Source: Gnetum montanum (Eukaryota > Plantae > Gnetophyta). From it: DNA of 64,000 nucleotides. Of the stretch, positions 26,979 through 39,630 are shown one piece after another; position 1 is the first letter of the stretch, and every line of letters begins with the position of its first letter. The notes beneath the pieces are model-generated. The model saw only the letters and a program-made list of their open reading frames with translations. It did not search any database and was not told the DNA's origin. The stretch is taken from the NCBI GenBank assembly GCA_015680685.1, contig MNCI01002984.1, forward strand, positions 254,221 through 318,220. The letters run 5' to 3'. The translations under genes were made by a program, and so were the position numbers.

Positions 26979-27488
26979 TGTGACATCCCGTTCCTAGATG
27001 TCGTAAAAATATAAACGCTTAATTTATTAAATTCACCATTTTCTTAGATATTATATCGAAAACATTATAAATACTTAAATAATGAATTAACTAGTAAATA
27101 AATAATTGGTACTAAAGAATTAAGCAAAGAAAATGGAAAGTTATATTAATGGAAAAGAGTATTGTAACACCCTTTTGGGTTGTCTTCTTATGCCACTTAA
27201 GCCTTAGAGGCAATCCAACATTGCCACCATGATTAGGCTTTCTTGACAAAGGGGTGATCAGTCCCTTTTTGTCCCACTTCACCCAACTCCTATTACTTGC
27301 CTCTTTAGGCTCTAACCTCGACCTTAAATGGCATAGGTCAAACCCCAACCTTAAATGACATAGGTCAAACCCTTTTCTAAGGGATACACGAATAATTGTA
27401 ACCCCTCATAACAAGGTGCCTCTTCATTAGAAGGTTAATTACATTGTTTACAATTGTTTCCATCCTTAACAAGGGATGGAACATTACA
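26979..27488 (-). repeat. 3' LTR of A1
   Basis: TGTGACA...CATTACA; followed on + by TTTACCACCCCTTAAG (PPT complement). Confidence 0.92.
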
Positions 27489-27505
27489 ATTTACCACCCC
27501 TTAAG
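27489..27505 (-). other. Polypurine tract of A1
   Basis: Minus strand CTTAAGGGGTGGTAAAT adjacent to the LTR. Confidence 0.75.
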
Positions 27506-27689
27506 CATCTAGCTCATCCTCAAGCACTTCCTCTATGTCCAACTACTCAGCTATTGCTTCATCGTTATGCTCCTCAACTTCAATTCCCTTATTTTCCTTA
27601 TTATCATCTATACAAATAAAAGATCAAAAATTATAAACATAATTTATTACATCCATAATAAATTCAACCTATCATTCAATATTATGATG

Positions 27690-30600
27690 ATCAAAAATTT
27701 GGGGGTAAGTATTTAAATAAACTCCCTATTTTCCTAAGTCTTTTAATCACAATTTGACCATTGAACAAGTACTTCACTAATAGTTTTATTTCAAAATTTC
27801 TTGGTTTGTTGATTCTTAAGAGCAATGGGTTTAACTTCAAAGCTATCATTGGATCATAATGGCAAAGTATTTCATTTTCATGAAATTTCTTTAGCAAGCT
27901 CACATGCAAAACTAGATGAATTTTTAAGGTTTCTAGAAGATTCAACCGATATGCTACTTCACTAATTCTTTTAGAGGTTTCAAAAGGTCCACAAAATATA
28001 GGTGCTAATTTAGTATATTTTCCCAATTTAAGAGAACTTCTGGTAGGTTTTACTCTTAGTAATACTGATCACCTACTTGGAATTCTTTTTTTAAGTCAAG
28101 GTTGATTTTCATATCCTTTATATTTATCTTGGGTAGCTTGTAAATTTTGTTTAATCCTTGTGACAATGTTTTCCATTATTTTCATTTCTTCTTCCTTCCA
28201 TTCCACTCTTAAGGTTGGATCTACCTAGGTTAATGGTGTATGACAATTATGTCCATATACTACTTTGAATGGTGTTTGATGTATCAAACCTTAATAATTG
28301 TTATTATAGGAAAATTCTGCCAAACGTAAATAATTCTCCCACGTTTTTGGTCTACTCCCAACATAGCTTCTAATATTCTATTCACACATTCAATTTGTCC
28401 ATTAGTCTTAGGGTGATAAGCTGTGCTAAATTTCAATTGGGTTCCAATATCTTTGAAGAATTTTTTCCAGAATTTAGATATGAACTTGGTATCTCTATTC
28501 AAAGTGATAGATTTTGGACAATCATGTAATCGAAATATTTTTCATATGAATTTTTGAGCTATTTTCTTCTACTGTGTTTGTAGATTTCAAAGCTATAAAA
28601 TGTTCCATTTTTGATAGATGATCAACTACGAAGAAAATTAAGTCATTTCCTTTATTGGTTACTAGCAATCCCACAATGAAATCCATAGTGATATCTTCCC
28701 ATTTCTAGGTTGGAATTTCTAGAGGTTGTAGTAATCCACTAGGTTTCCTCTATTTAGCTTTTATTCTTTGACATGTTGGAAAATTTTTAATGTATGTGGA
28801 TACATCATTCTTCATTCCAGGCCAAAAATAAGATTTGTGAATGATCATATAGGTCTTAATATAACCTAGGTGTCCTGTGTATGGTACTTCATGTGCTTCA
28901 CACAACAACCTTAGTCTCCAATTTCCTTCTGGTATGCATACTCTTTGTCCTTTCATCAATAAACCATTAGAAGTAAGTTGATATTAAGGCTCATAGGAAA
29001 TATTGGTTAAAATATTTTTAAAGTAAGGATCTTATTTTATTTTTTCCTTAGTTTCTTCTTCCATAGGAGTTGTTACCACATCTATCATTAAATTCCACAT
29101 TCCACTAAGGGCATCAGCTACCACATTTTCTTGTCAGGAATATATTTGATTTCAAAATCATATTCTGCCAATAATTCTATCCATCATCTTTGACAAGTAT
29201 TTAAAATAGGTTGTCTTTGTAAATATTCTAGAATTTTATGATCTATTTTTAGTACAAACATTTTTTCACAAAGATAATGTCTCCAAACTTTCAAAGCTTG
29301 AACAACTGCCAGTAATTCTAAATCATGGGTTGAGTAATTTACCTCAACTACTTGTAATTTATAGGATTCATAACATACCACTTTATCTTCTTATGAAAGA
29401 ACTACATCGATTCCTATTCCATAGGCATTCGTGGATACTTCAAATGGTAGATCTTCATCCGAAATTCCCAAAATAGGTGTTGTTGTAAGTAACATATTTA
29501 ATCTAAGAAAAGATTCCCTACATTCTTCATCAAATTTGAACACACATTTCTCTTACAAAAGGTCACTTAATGGGGCTATTAAGGTAGAATAAGCTTTAAT
29601 GAAATGTTGATAAAAATCGCTAACCCTAAGAAACTGAAAACTGCTATAACATCTTTTAATTTAGGCCAATCCTAAATTGCACTAATTTTTGCTAGATCTA
29701 CTTGCAATCCTTTCTTGGAAACTATATGTTCTAAGTATGAAACTTCTTTCTTAAAGAGTTCACATTTACTCAATTTAGCTTTTAATTGATGTTCTTTAAA
29801 AATTTCCATTGTAGTTTTTAAATATTTGATGTGTGCTTCTCTTAATTTGAATAAACAAGTATATGATTCATAAATACTATAATAAATTAATCAAGATATT
29901 CATGAAAAATATTATTCATTAATGTCATAAATGTTGTAGGTGCGTTAGTTAATCCAAATGGCATCACAAAAAATTTGTATAATCCATATCTGGTTCTAAA
30001 AGCCATTTTCTCAATATCTTTCTCCTTAATCCTTATTTGGTAATAACCTAATTTTAAATCAATCTTTGAGAAATAACATGCACCTGTAAGTTGGTGAAAT
30101 AAATCATCAATTCTAGGTAAAGGATAAGTATTTTTAATCATCACTTTATTCAATGCTATATAATTGATGCATAATCTTAGTATACCATCTTTCTTTTAAA
30201 TAAATAAAACTAATGCACCCCAAGGTGATACGCTAGGTCTAATTTTCCTTTTTTCCAATAATTGGTCTAGTTGTACTTTTAATTCTCTTAATTCTAAAGT
30301 AGAAAATTATAAGGAGATTTTGAGATAGGTTGTGTACTAGGAAAAATATTAATGGCATGCTCAACTGTTCTTTTTGGAGGTAGTTCTCTAATTTCACCAA
30401 ATATTGAATCTTTATATTCCTTAAGTTCATTTGGGATCTCAACACTTGAAAATTTCTAAGGTTGGGTTACTTTAACAACCAACGTTGTAGCACCTTTTTG
30501 ACTAATCTTTTAGCTTGCTTAATTGCTTAATAATTATCGTATGAATTTTTTTTGTTGTTCCTACCCCCCTTAGAACCCTAACTTCATTAGTGGTTGGGAC

Positions 30601-32000
30601 TTTTAAAATGCAAGTTCCAAAGTGGACAATAACATCAATTTTTTTTGCAGGAAAAACATTCCTAAAATTGCATCAACATCACCTAGTTCAAATTCAAAAA
30701 ATTCATCAATGAACGACATGTTTTGCAAGGTAAAGTTAATTTTTCCATACTTGATATGTTTGCTCATAGTTGTTCCATCTACTAGTTCTATCTTAATAAT
30801 TTTCTTGGAAGGTAGACTTAATTTCAATAAATTAATTAACTTTGGAGAAATAAAGTTATCACTAGCACCACTATCAATCAAAAATTTAAATTTTTTACCT
30901 TCAATTGAACCTTTAAAAATTAGTAAAGCAAATTGAAATTCACGCAAACTTGATTTAGTTGATGTAGATATCTTCTTCATGGCTATGGTAGTAGCTGGAA
31001 TTTTTCCTTTGTTCATGTTTGGGTTTGGTTTTTGATTTCTAATTTGATTGGTCCTTTGTATTTTTGCTCAAAATTTTGGGCAATTTTGTTTAAAATGATC
31101 TTCACCATAAAAGAAACATCCAGATCCTAATCGAGCTTTTTTTTATTGGTGTCTCCTCTACCATTGCTTGTGGAAAACTGATTTGTCAAAGAGTTGCTTG
31201 TTGAAGGGTCACTCATATCTAATTTGATTCCTCATAATCCTTAGCAATTATATATGCTTCATCAATAGTTTGAGGGTTATGGGCTCGTATTTAGGGACGT
31301 AATTAAGCATGTAGTCCTCCAACGAATTTTGAAGCTAATTTTCCCTAATTCCTTGTAGTAATCATCTACAGATTGTCTTCCCAACCTTGAGATCTCAGTC
31401 CATTCCACCATGTTGCTACAAGTCCTCTTAAATACAAGGAGATAACTCCTAAATTTTCATGACTTGACAAATTTAACATATTGAATTAATTTTTCATTAT
31501 ATCAAGCCAATCCTTTACCTTAGCACTAGACCCAAGGACTCCAACATAATGATCTAATCTTATTTTCTTAGCATGAACTTGTGTCAATGATTCTCTAGGT
31601 GGATTAAGCTAGTTCCCATATCCTTCACCTTCAGTTTCAGTTCTATGGTCTACAAGATGGATTTCAGTATCCTATCCACCTGGTGGGGGTTGTGTTTGTT
31701 GTGAATTCCTAGTGGGAGGTTGATCTTAATGTTGTTCTCTAGGTAGACTATGGGTAGGATTAGAAGGTTGAATAAGATGGTTGGTTAGTTACTTGATGGA
31801 GTCTACAAAGAAATCCATCTTTTCTTGCACATTTGACCATTTATCTTTTGAACTTTGGGACAATTTCTTAATTTCCATAGACATATTTTGCATCTTTGTT
31901 CTGAACCCTTGGTTTGAGTGACAAAGTTCTTCATGACACCCTTGATCTCATTAATTTGATCTTCAAGGGCATTCATCTGATCATTGAATTGGTCTTCCAT
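27690..32000 (-). pseudogene. A1 gag-pol with C-terminal chromodomain, frameshifted
   Basis: Zn knuckle GCFFYGEDHFKQNCP (~31080-31122); FLIDSGASDNFIS; [26 protein letters not shown]; NYSTHDLELLAVVQALKVWRHYL; HEVPYTGHLG..YFWPGMK; STAYHPKTNGQ; GPF; KF*NKTISEVLVQW (~27755-27800). Confidence 0.95.
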
Positions 32001-32350
32001 TTCTCTCTAGTTTATTCTTTGGGTTTCAAACATCAGTAAGTTGAAGAAATCAAGTATGCTGATAGTTCTTAGCCTTTATGGCCCTTTTTATGAGATTCAA
32101 AATTGTTTAGTCAGTTGTGGAAGAAGTTGAAATTGTTATGGATTTCTCACCAAGTACTTAATCCTAATTATTTTTGGGACCTAAAATAATGAATTACATG
32201 CTAATTTTCTGTAATTCAAAATCTAAATTTAATCATTCTATTGAGTTTTGAAGATTCAAATTTGTTGAAATTAATTTTTGTTTAGTTGAAAACAGACTCT
32301 AAATGCAAAAATTATAGTCGTTTTAAGTTTTCTCAACTTTCACATATTTC

Positions 32351-32417
32351 AAGACTTCTCGAGAGGTCATCCATCCCAGTTCTACTCTAGGACATGCATG
32401 CTTAACGACAAAATTTT
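32351..32417 (-). promoter_or_regulatory. 5S rRNA-derived internal control region (box A-IE-box C) in the A1 leader
   Basis: Minus strand GTTAAGCATGCATGTCCTAGAGTAGAACTGGGATGGATGACCTCTCGAGAAGTCTT versus plant 5S GTTAAGCGTGCTTGGGCGAGAGTAGTACTAGGATGGGTGACCTCCTGGGAAGTCCT (recalled consensus); about 44/56 ungapped by eye. Confidence 0.85.
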
Positions 32418-32619
32418 TATTTTTGTTGCTACCATTGCACCAATTTGAATTTTTGTAAATAATTGTGTGTTTTCTATTTAAACTAAAACTAATGAGCAGA
32501 AAAAAAATTTGGAAAATTTTCGTCAGTTGACAAGAATTTCAAAATTTCAATAAATTATTAAAAAATTTTAATTTTTCTGTCAATTGATGGATGACCCATT
32601 CCATGGTCTACATGGTGGC

Positions 32620-33180
32620 CAGAAGGTAGTGATGGATAGTGTAGGAGGCAATGATGGACAATGCAGGAGATAGTGATGGACAATGCAAGAGGCAATGATC
32701 GGTGGCTCAGGAGGCAATGATGGACGGCACAAGAGACAGTGATGGGCAGCTCAGGAGGTAGTGATGAACAACAAAGGAGGCAGTGATGGGTGGTCAAGAG
32801 AAGGCAATGATGGTAGTGAAAAGAAGGCAGTGATGGCATCCGTGGTTGTAGGCAAGGTGCAATTGTAGGTGGTGCATAGTTGTAGGCAATGGCAGTGCTA
32901 CACAATGCAGGCGATGCATGGCTGTGTGGTGGTAGCAGGGGTGCAAGAGATTACAATGGCAATGGGGAAAAATAGCAATGACACAAGTTTTTCTTGTGCC
33001 TTGTTTTGGGGGCTGGCCCCCCAAGGGCTAGACTTATAGGCCATGGCCTTGTAGCTAGCTGGTTGCAGCCTGGCCATAGCCTTATTGCAATTGTACCATG
33101 GCTGGTCATAGGCTTTGCCACAACCTTATTGCAATTGTGCTATGGTTGGTCGTAGGCTTTGCCATAGCCTGGTCCCAGGC
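32620..33180. repeat. GC-richer degenerate short tandem repeats in the A1 leader
   Basis: Recurrent GGAGGCAATGATGG / GACAGTGATGG and GCCTTATTGCAATTGT units. Confidence 0.7.
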
Positions 33181-33225
33181 CCTAGCCCCCCTTATTTTAT
33201 TATTTTTAATACATATATTTTTATA

Positions 33226-33259
<34 letters not shown>
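33226..33259. repeat. (TAT)n microsatellite
   Basis: Direct reading; nearby (AT)n at ~33338, 35040-35066 and ~35557. Confidence 0.95.
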
Positions 33260-33679
33260 TAAATAAGCAATCAGGGCTCAGGTTTGAACTCAAGACCCCT
33301 TAAATTTTTTTTTTATTAATTTTTTTAATTAAAATAATATATATATATATACACATAATTTTTAATTTTAAACTACACATAAACCAAGAATGATTGTATC
33401 TTCCAAAACGTAAGTCAGATTTTGATAGAATTGGTACTGTTGGAATCGTCCCAGAGAGTACTTCGTGTTAAATTGCAAATAACTCTGCTTTAGTACGTCT
33501 AAAAATCATAAAATCCAAAAAAGTGAACATTAGCTTTTAAAACAAAAAGTAAACGTAGCTTTTTCTTTTAAAAAAATATATGTTAACTTTTATTAAATCT
33601 TTTGTTATCTTAAGTTATACTTTCTCTTTTTTTTTACTAAGATTTCTATGATTATATTATAAATATAAGAAGTAGGATG

Positions 33680-35039
33680 ATTTACTTATTACAACTTAAT
33701 ACCATCAAAAGATTGTCAACAAAGAAACTTGAAGATTTTCTATTATAAAGAATTTATCACTCCCAAATATCAAGCTTCACCTCAGGCCCCTTTAGGTAGC
33801 AGCTCTTTGTTGCCTAATATTTTTTTTACACCAAAATAATGTCCTTACTACTTCTAATGGGGTTTGTAGCTTACTTAAGGAGGGTTTTAAGTACCTTACC
33901 ATTTCTAGGTTAGTTGATTTACTAGTTTTTCCAATTTTTAAACTTTCCCAATTCAAGAGTATTTTTGTGGAGTGGTCTAAGTAGTATGATAATAAGAAAA
34001 GTTCTATTTTTTAATTAGTTTTTGGAGTAGTAATAATCTTTTCTCTTGATATTAAAGTGATCTTACTTTTTTAGTCAGGAGAGGATCCTTTAACTTATTC
34101 TCAACAATTTAAATCTTTTTATAAGAAGGAATTATCCAATTATGTACTAATTCTGCCATTAGCAAAAAACAATTTGTTTGTAAAGATTTCATTAACAATG
34201 CTCATTTTGACTTATGTCTATTCATCAATAGTAAGGTTCTATGGTATAAATAGTAATTCAATGTTAGTTCTTATTCTATTTTCATACTTTATGATGCCAT
34301 AACTAGTAGAGTTTATGATTGCTTAATGTCTTATTTCTATGCTTGGTATACTACTATGATTGAAATTACTATTGCCCAACAAAATCCTTCCAAATCCTAT
34401 ACCCTATGTTATATACCTTTGATCATGTGTATGATCCTAAGTTATAATCATCTCAAGAAGCATTTTACTTGTTACAATCCTTGGTTGTGCCCTAAATTTC
34501 TTGAAGATGAGAGGGTTATAAAGAGCAAGATTATGGGTGCCAAGAAAGGTCAACTTGCTTTATAGTAAGCTTGAAGTCAGGAGAAAATCAATGAGGTATT
34601 TTCATGTTTTTATTATTTCCTTATTTGTTGATTATGTTTTTTATTTTATGTCTTTGACAATGCAATTTGTGCTACAAAATGAACCAACATAAAGTGCTTA
34701 GGCTACATAGGTTGAAGAAATTTAAGGTACATCGACCTTTGGTATGGTTTAATCTTAAGAAAAAATCACATTTTTTGCTCCCAAGGTATATATTTAAATA
34801 TAATTTACTTAGTTTAATTTTTCATCTATATTTTTATATTTTTTTTATTTTTCTAATAAGTTTCATTTTGCAAAAGCAACGTATTGGGCAAAGTTCTAGT
34901 GATCCAGTAGTTATGAGACAACCAACCCAACAACAAGCTCAACAACAATTCCAACAAACTCGAGGTAAGTTTTTAGTTATTTAAAGGTTAAAATACTTCC
35001 CTTTTTCTTTTGTATGATGATTTTTAATTTGATGTTTCT

Positions 35040-35070
<31 letters not shown>

Positions 35071-35889
35071 GTTGTAGAGGTCTATGGAGAAAAAGTATTT
35101 TATCCGAGAGATGAATAGAGCTGATGCAGGTGCTACTTTTGCACAAACTCCTATTCCACCACTGATACCTTTTTTTCTTTGACACCTAAAAGAGGTTCCT
35201 TTCCACAGGTAGCACCAACAACAATTTCTAAATCTATTTATGTGATTTCTTCTTTCTCTATCTTTGGTTCTTCTTATTATATAGGAAAGATACAACAAAT
35301 ATCTGATAACAAACCATATTCTATTTGTGAGGATGTTTATCATCTATGGGAGTCGCATTCATGCAATTTTAAGGTAGATTATGATTTAGTAGAAGCTGAA
35401 CTTCCATAATCTTGGCATCCAATTCCTGAGGATGCTCCAAATATTGTAAAAAATTTGGAGCAACTCTTAGGAGAGTTGGAAAGTGCAACATGTTATGCTT
35501 GCCATTTGGATACTCATGCATGTTTCCTTTAAATTGACAATGATTGATTTTAGGTAATATATATATATATATAACTTTTCTCTCTCCTATTTTTCTTTTT
35601 TTTGTTGATTTGCTCATAACTCATAATTTAAATTTTATTTCTACAGAGAAAAGAGGAGGAATGGCAAAAGGACATGGATGATTGATCAATACAAATGGAT
35701 ATGTTGAAGACTCGACTTCAAAGAAAAGAGGAATCAATAGCTGCAGCAACCCGTGTGATCGAATATATCAAACAGTTATGTGATGGATTGATTGGATGTA
35801 AAGCAATGCTTAGTAAAGAAAATGCTACTACTAAAGAAAGAGAATCCCAAGTTATAGATCTTCTTGAATCATTTGGTCATAACAAATAA
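33680..35889 (+). pseudogene. Antisense, intron-containing accessory gene of chromovirus A1 (unknown protein, coiled-coil C-terminus)
   Basis: Donors after 34595, 34785, 34964; acceptors at 34660, 34873, 35077, 35646; exons conserved at protein level with 52500-54634 (SRLxxLLVFPIF; KNLxxLLGxLESAT; LCDGLIGCxA). Start not resolved. Confidence 0.75.
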
Positions 35890-36110
35890 TTATAGTTGCG
35901 TTTTCTTTATTTTCCCATTCTACTTCTTTCCCCTATTTTTCCTTTTTTATATCTTACTTAGATGTACTTCCTCTCACTCCTCTTGATTACAAAATAATAA
36001 AATAATATTTTCCTCCATATTTTTATTTTACCTAAATTTACTTGTGTTCTATGATAACACTAATAATAAAATAGGGTTTTTCTTCCACTTTGGTTCCTGA
36101 ATCGTTTTCA

Positions 36111-36122
36111 GCTCTGATACCA
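36111..36122 (-). other. Primer binding site, tRNA-iMet (A1)
   Basis: Minus strand TGGTATCAGAGC, 2 nt from the LTR end. Confidence 0.95.
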
Positions 36123-36124
36123 AA

Positions 36125-36574
36125 TGTGACATCCTGTTCTCAGATGTCATAAAAATATGAATGCTTAATTTATTACATTCACCATTTTGTTAGATATTAT
36201 ACTGGAAACATTATAAATACGTAAATAATGAATTAACAAGAAAATAAATAATTGTTACTGAAGAATTAAGCTAGGAAAATGCAAAAATTATATTAATGGA
36301 AAAGAGTACTATAACACCCTTTTGGGTTATCTTCCTATGCCACTTAAGCCTTAAAGGCAATCCTACACTACCACCATAGTTAGGCTATCCTGCCAAATGG
36401 GTGATCAGTCCCTTTTTGTTCCACTTCACTTAGATCTCGTTACTTGCCTCTCTAAGCTCTGCAACTCCATGCCTAGCACAACCTCTAGCCCCAACCTTAA
36501 ATGGCATAGGTCAAACCCTTTCCTAAGGGATACATGAATAATTGTAACCCCTCATAATGAGGTGCCCCTTCATT
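36125..36574 (-). repeat. 5' LTR of A1, outer ~60 bp deleted
   Basis: Aligns to 26979-27428 then breaks off into B1 gag; no TSD recoverable. Confidence 0.9.
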
Positions 36575-38130
36575 GTTATGATATTTCAATAGATAGTAGT
36601 GGGAGGAGGCATGGACTAAAGTATTCCTTGGAGAGATTGGACATTGAACATAGTATTCATAGGGATTAGGTTGCATATATGAATACTATTGCCTTGGTCA
36701 TGGCATTCCTCATGCTTATGATTGTTGCCACTACTACTGGTATTGCTCCTACAGTTGAGAATAAGCCCCTCTTGGATACTACGTTTCTTGGTAGGACTAT
36801 TGAATATTACCTTGTGAATAAGGCAACCATCTAGGAACTTGTTTTTGACAAACTTAAAATTAAGTACATATGTCCAAGAATATTGTAAGTGGGCCATGAA
36901 TAGGAAACATCCCTTAGGATGTTCATACTAATACACTTTGAATCCTTCGTTATCCTCTAAACTTGAGTTTGTTATTTTGTCTACTGCAACAACTTTTCCT
37001 ATGTTCCTATAGTTCTCTCATCCATTTTCTTTTTTTTCCCTCCTTTTCTTTACTTTGTTTTAAAGCTTGTTTAGTATTTTCCTCTACCATCTTCAATGGT
37101 GTAGTAAATTTCCCATCCATAAAATCCTACATTTTCTCTACCTTGGTTGCAATATCATTAACAGATTTTTGAATTGGTAGAGTCTTCTCTTGGATCACAT
37201 TTTCCAAAGTTTCTTCTTCTTATGACTCATACATTCTTATACCCCTTTTTCTTATTTCTAGATCTCTAACATATTCTTCTACTAATTCTCTTTTCCTTAA
37301 CTCTCCTTCTTCTTTAGCCACATTGTCAATGAGTCTTTGAATATGATGAGCTATCATTTAGAATAATCTGCCTTGGGCATATACCCCAAGGATTTCTCTT
37401 ATCTTGTTTCTTAGCCCATTGACAATATGTCATAGTTGCTCCCTTTGAGAAAATCCATGGCTTGAGTACCTATGCAATAAGGAATAGTATCTTCCCATTA
37501 CCACGTTAAGGGATTCTTGTATCCCTTGCTTCCATCCTTGAATCAATTTTTTTAAAAAAAATTAAACATTATAGAATAAGTTTGATATTTGTCATTAAAG
37601 AGCTCTAGCATGGTACTCCATCTTTGAATTGATTTTGGTTCCAAGAAACTGTACTAACTCTTTGCATCCTTTATGAGTGTTCTAGAAAAAAACTTTAATT
37701 TCTACCAACCAATTTTAATATTTTGTAGGGCATATGCATTGTGGAAGTCTTGAAGATGATGTTATGGCTCTACATTGTATTCACGTTCAAATTTTATGAT
37801 ATTATTCATGTCTTGTTGGTTGATGTAACTATCCCTTACATGTCTAGTAGGAATATACACTAATTCCCTAATGTTATTCATATCTTGAGTAGCTAGCAGG
37901 GGTTCTTCATAGTCTTTGAGTTCATAAGCTCTATTGTAGTGAGGATTCCTTCAATGCTCAAGATTCTCTTTGTCCTTGAACTTGATCCTTTCTCTTCATT
38001 CATCATAGTTATCTTCCTCTTCATTAGGATACCTTCTTCAATATACATGTCTCTCATGGTCCCTTTGTCTTTCCCCATCATGATCCTTGAGTCTTTGTTT
38101 TCTCTTGCTATAATTCATAGATGAGTGTAA
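36575..38130 (-). pseudogene. B1 gag, decayed
   Basis: Homologous to 41750-42620; capsid-like segment 37350-37830 and decayed Zn knuckle near 36900-36940. Confidence 0.75.
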
Positions 38131-38925
38131 GGAAGAAGATGAAGGAGTTGAAGAATGGTGTTGGTTGGTCCTACTTTTGTGAGTCCATGATTAATTCCTT
38201 TTAGATTTAGTGGAGGCCTTAAACCTTGAATTCCTCCTAAATTTGAAGCCTCCCTTATCTTTCCAAGAGTTTCTACAACAGCGAAATGCAACTTAATCTT
38301 AACAGGATCTTCAATGCAAATAGTTGGTATTTGGAAATGGGAATCATGAGTTCCATATAGCTTCTCAATTTGGAATATTACATTCTTTTTCTTCTAGGAA
38401 AAATTTTTATGGTGCTTTCTTTTCCTTCTCATATTCATGCCTTATCTCCATTATGACATCACTTCTTACCTAATCTTCTGTTGGTTGGTATGGCCTAGTC
38501 ATGTGCTTGGTGATGTGGTAAGCATGTTGCATATGATCAAGGTTTGACCTCATAAGGGTTACTTGAAGCATTGATGGTGTTGAACAATTTAGAGGCAAGA
38601 CAATGTTACCCTATAAATCTCTCCATCTAAGTTATTCATCCTAGCAAAAAATAAATGTGAAATCAGAATAGTAGGGATCAATACGAGCATAAGAAATTTT
38701 GGTTTACATTAATGCACTCCAATATTCTTCATTATAATCTTTGTCATGACTCTCATTAAGTATAGTAATTTGTGGAGATTTTTTCTTGATTATAGAAGCC
38801 ATATTAAATGTTTAACACTTTAAGTATGTACTTTTAAGAAAATTATTCAAAGTGTGAAGAATAGGCTTGATAATACTAGATACAATGAACTCTATAAAAT
38901 CAACTACTTAGCAAATATTGATACA

Positions 38926-38943
38926 TCCCTGAAAATGATACTA
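38926..38943 (-). other. Decayed tRNA-Asp PBS (B1)
   Basis: TAGTATCATTTTCAGGGA at the same position relative to the LTR as the clearer copies at 43687 and 47086. Confidence 0.55.
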
Positions 38944-38944
38944 A

Positions 38945-39630
38945 TGATGAGTGGTTAGGTATTTCAACACTTAACCATACAAGTCATGAGTGTACATGTG
39001 TAACCTTATCGTAATCCATGGATGGACAATGTAAGTATGCTAGTGGTTGATGTTAGGTTCAAGATTGTTATCTTCTCATGTTGAGTTAGCAAAGCACAAG
39101 TGTATAATTTAACTATCGGTGAGGCATACGATATGTTGATGTTATTTGGCTTTAATTTTTCTAAGTGCCAACATAATGAAAGTGAAGATAAAATCTAAGT
39201 CTAAGTATGATAAGAAATATAAATCTAATCTAGTCTATGATGGTAAGTATTTATTCCTAGCTTGTTGTACATGTCAAGGGCTCATGTAACCATCACTGTG
39301 ATTACCAAGTGAATCCACTATTAAGCAAATCAAGTGAACTCACTAATTGATTATACTTCATGCTTAAAATCAGTTGTCTTATAACAGCTTAATAAAAGAT
39401 ATTGAAAATGTATAATGTACCTAAAAAATGTAAATGACTTAACAAAAGTAAACATGCTGAAAGGTAAAATTAAGCTAAGTAAAAATGAGCTAAGTGGAAT
39501 GTTGCAATGATGAGAAATGATCTCGATCTTTATTTTAGGTCATAAGTTGTATCTAAGAACAATCCACTCGAACAAAGGTTCCATACAATTTTTAAATATC
39601 ATACTATGAGCATTCACTCTATCGCTAAGT
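38945..39630 (-). repeat. 5' LTR of B1, truncated
   Basis: Starts TGATGAG on +; aligns with 19072-19720; breaks into RT sequence at ~39630. Confidence 0.85.

Larger units (their letters stand above)
26979..36574 (-). mobile_element. Chromovirus (Tekay-like) Ty3/Gypsy element A1, nested between gag and protease of B1
   Basis: Paired LTRs starting TGTGACATCC (26979, 36125), PBS tRNA-iMet, PPT, gag-PR-RT-RH-INT-chromodomain order. Confidence 0.92.
19072..39630 (-). mobile_element. Athila-like Ty3/Gypsy element B1 (interrupted by chromovirus A1)
   Basis: 3' LTR 19072-19903, PPT, env-like remnant, pol 23140-26970, gag 36575-38130, decayed tRNA-Asp PBS, 5' LTR 38945-39630. Confidence 0.85.

Noticed and set aside
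30622-30936. + strand ORF and its homolog at 48845-49150
   Set aside because: Antisense shadows of the protease region; the similarity comes from the minus-strand coding sequence
32351-32450. Functional 5S rRNA gene
   Set aside because: Only the internal ~60 nt match well; the 5' and 3' ends are not convincingly present
33271-33300. tRNA gene
   Set aside because: No cloverleaf or acceptor stem; only a T-loop-like motif
32558-33303. His/Cys-rich and poly-Tyr ORFs (also 51487-51794 and 5277-5671)
   Set aside because: Translations of short tandem repeats and microsatellites; not conserved as protein between A1 and A2
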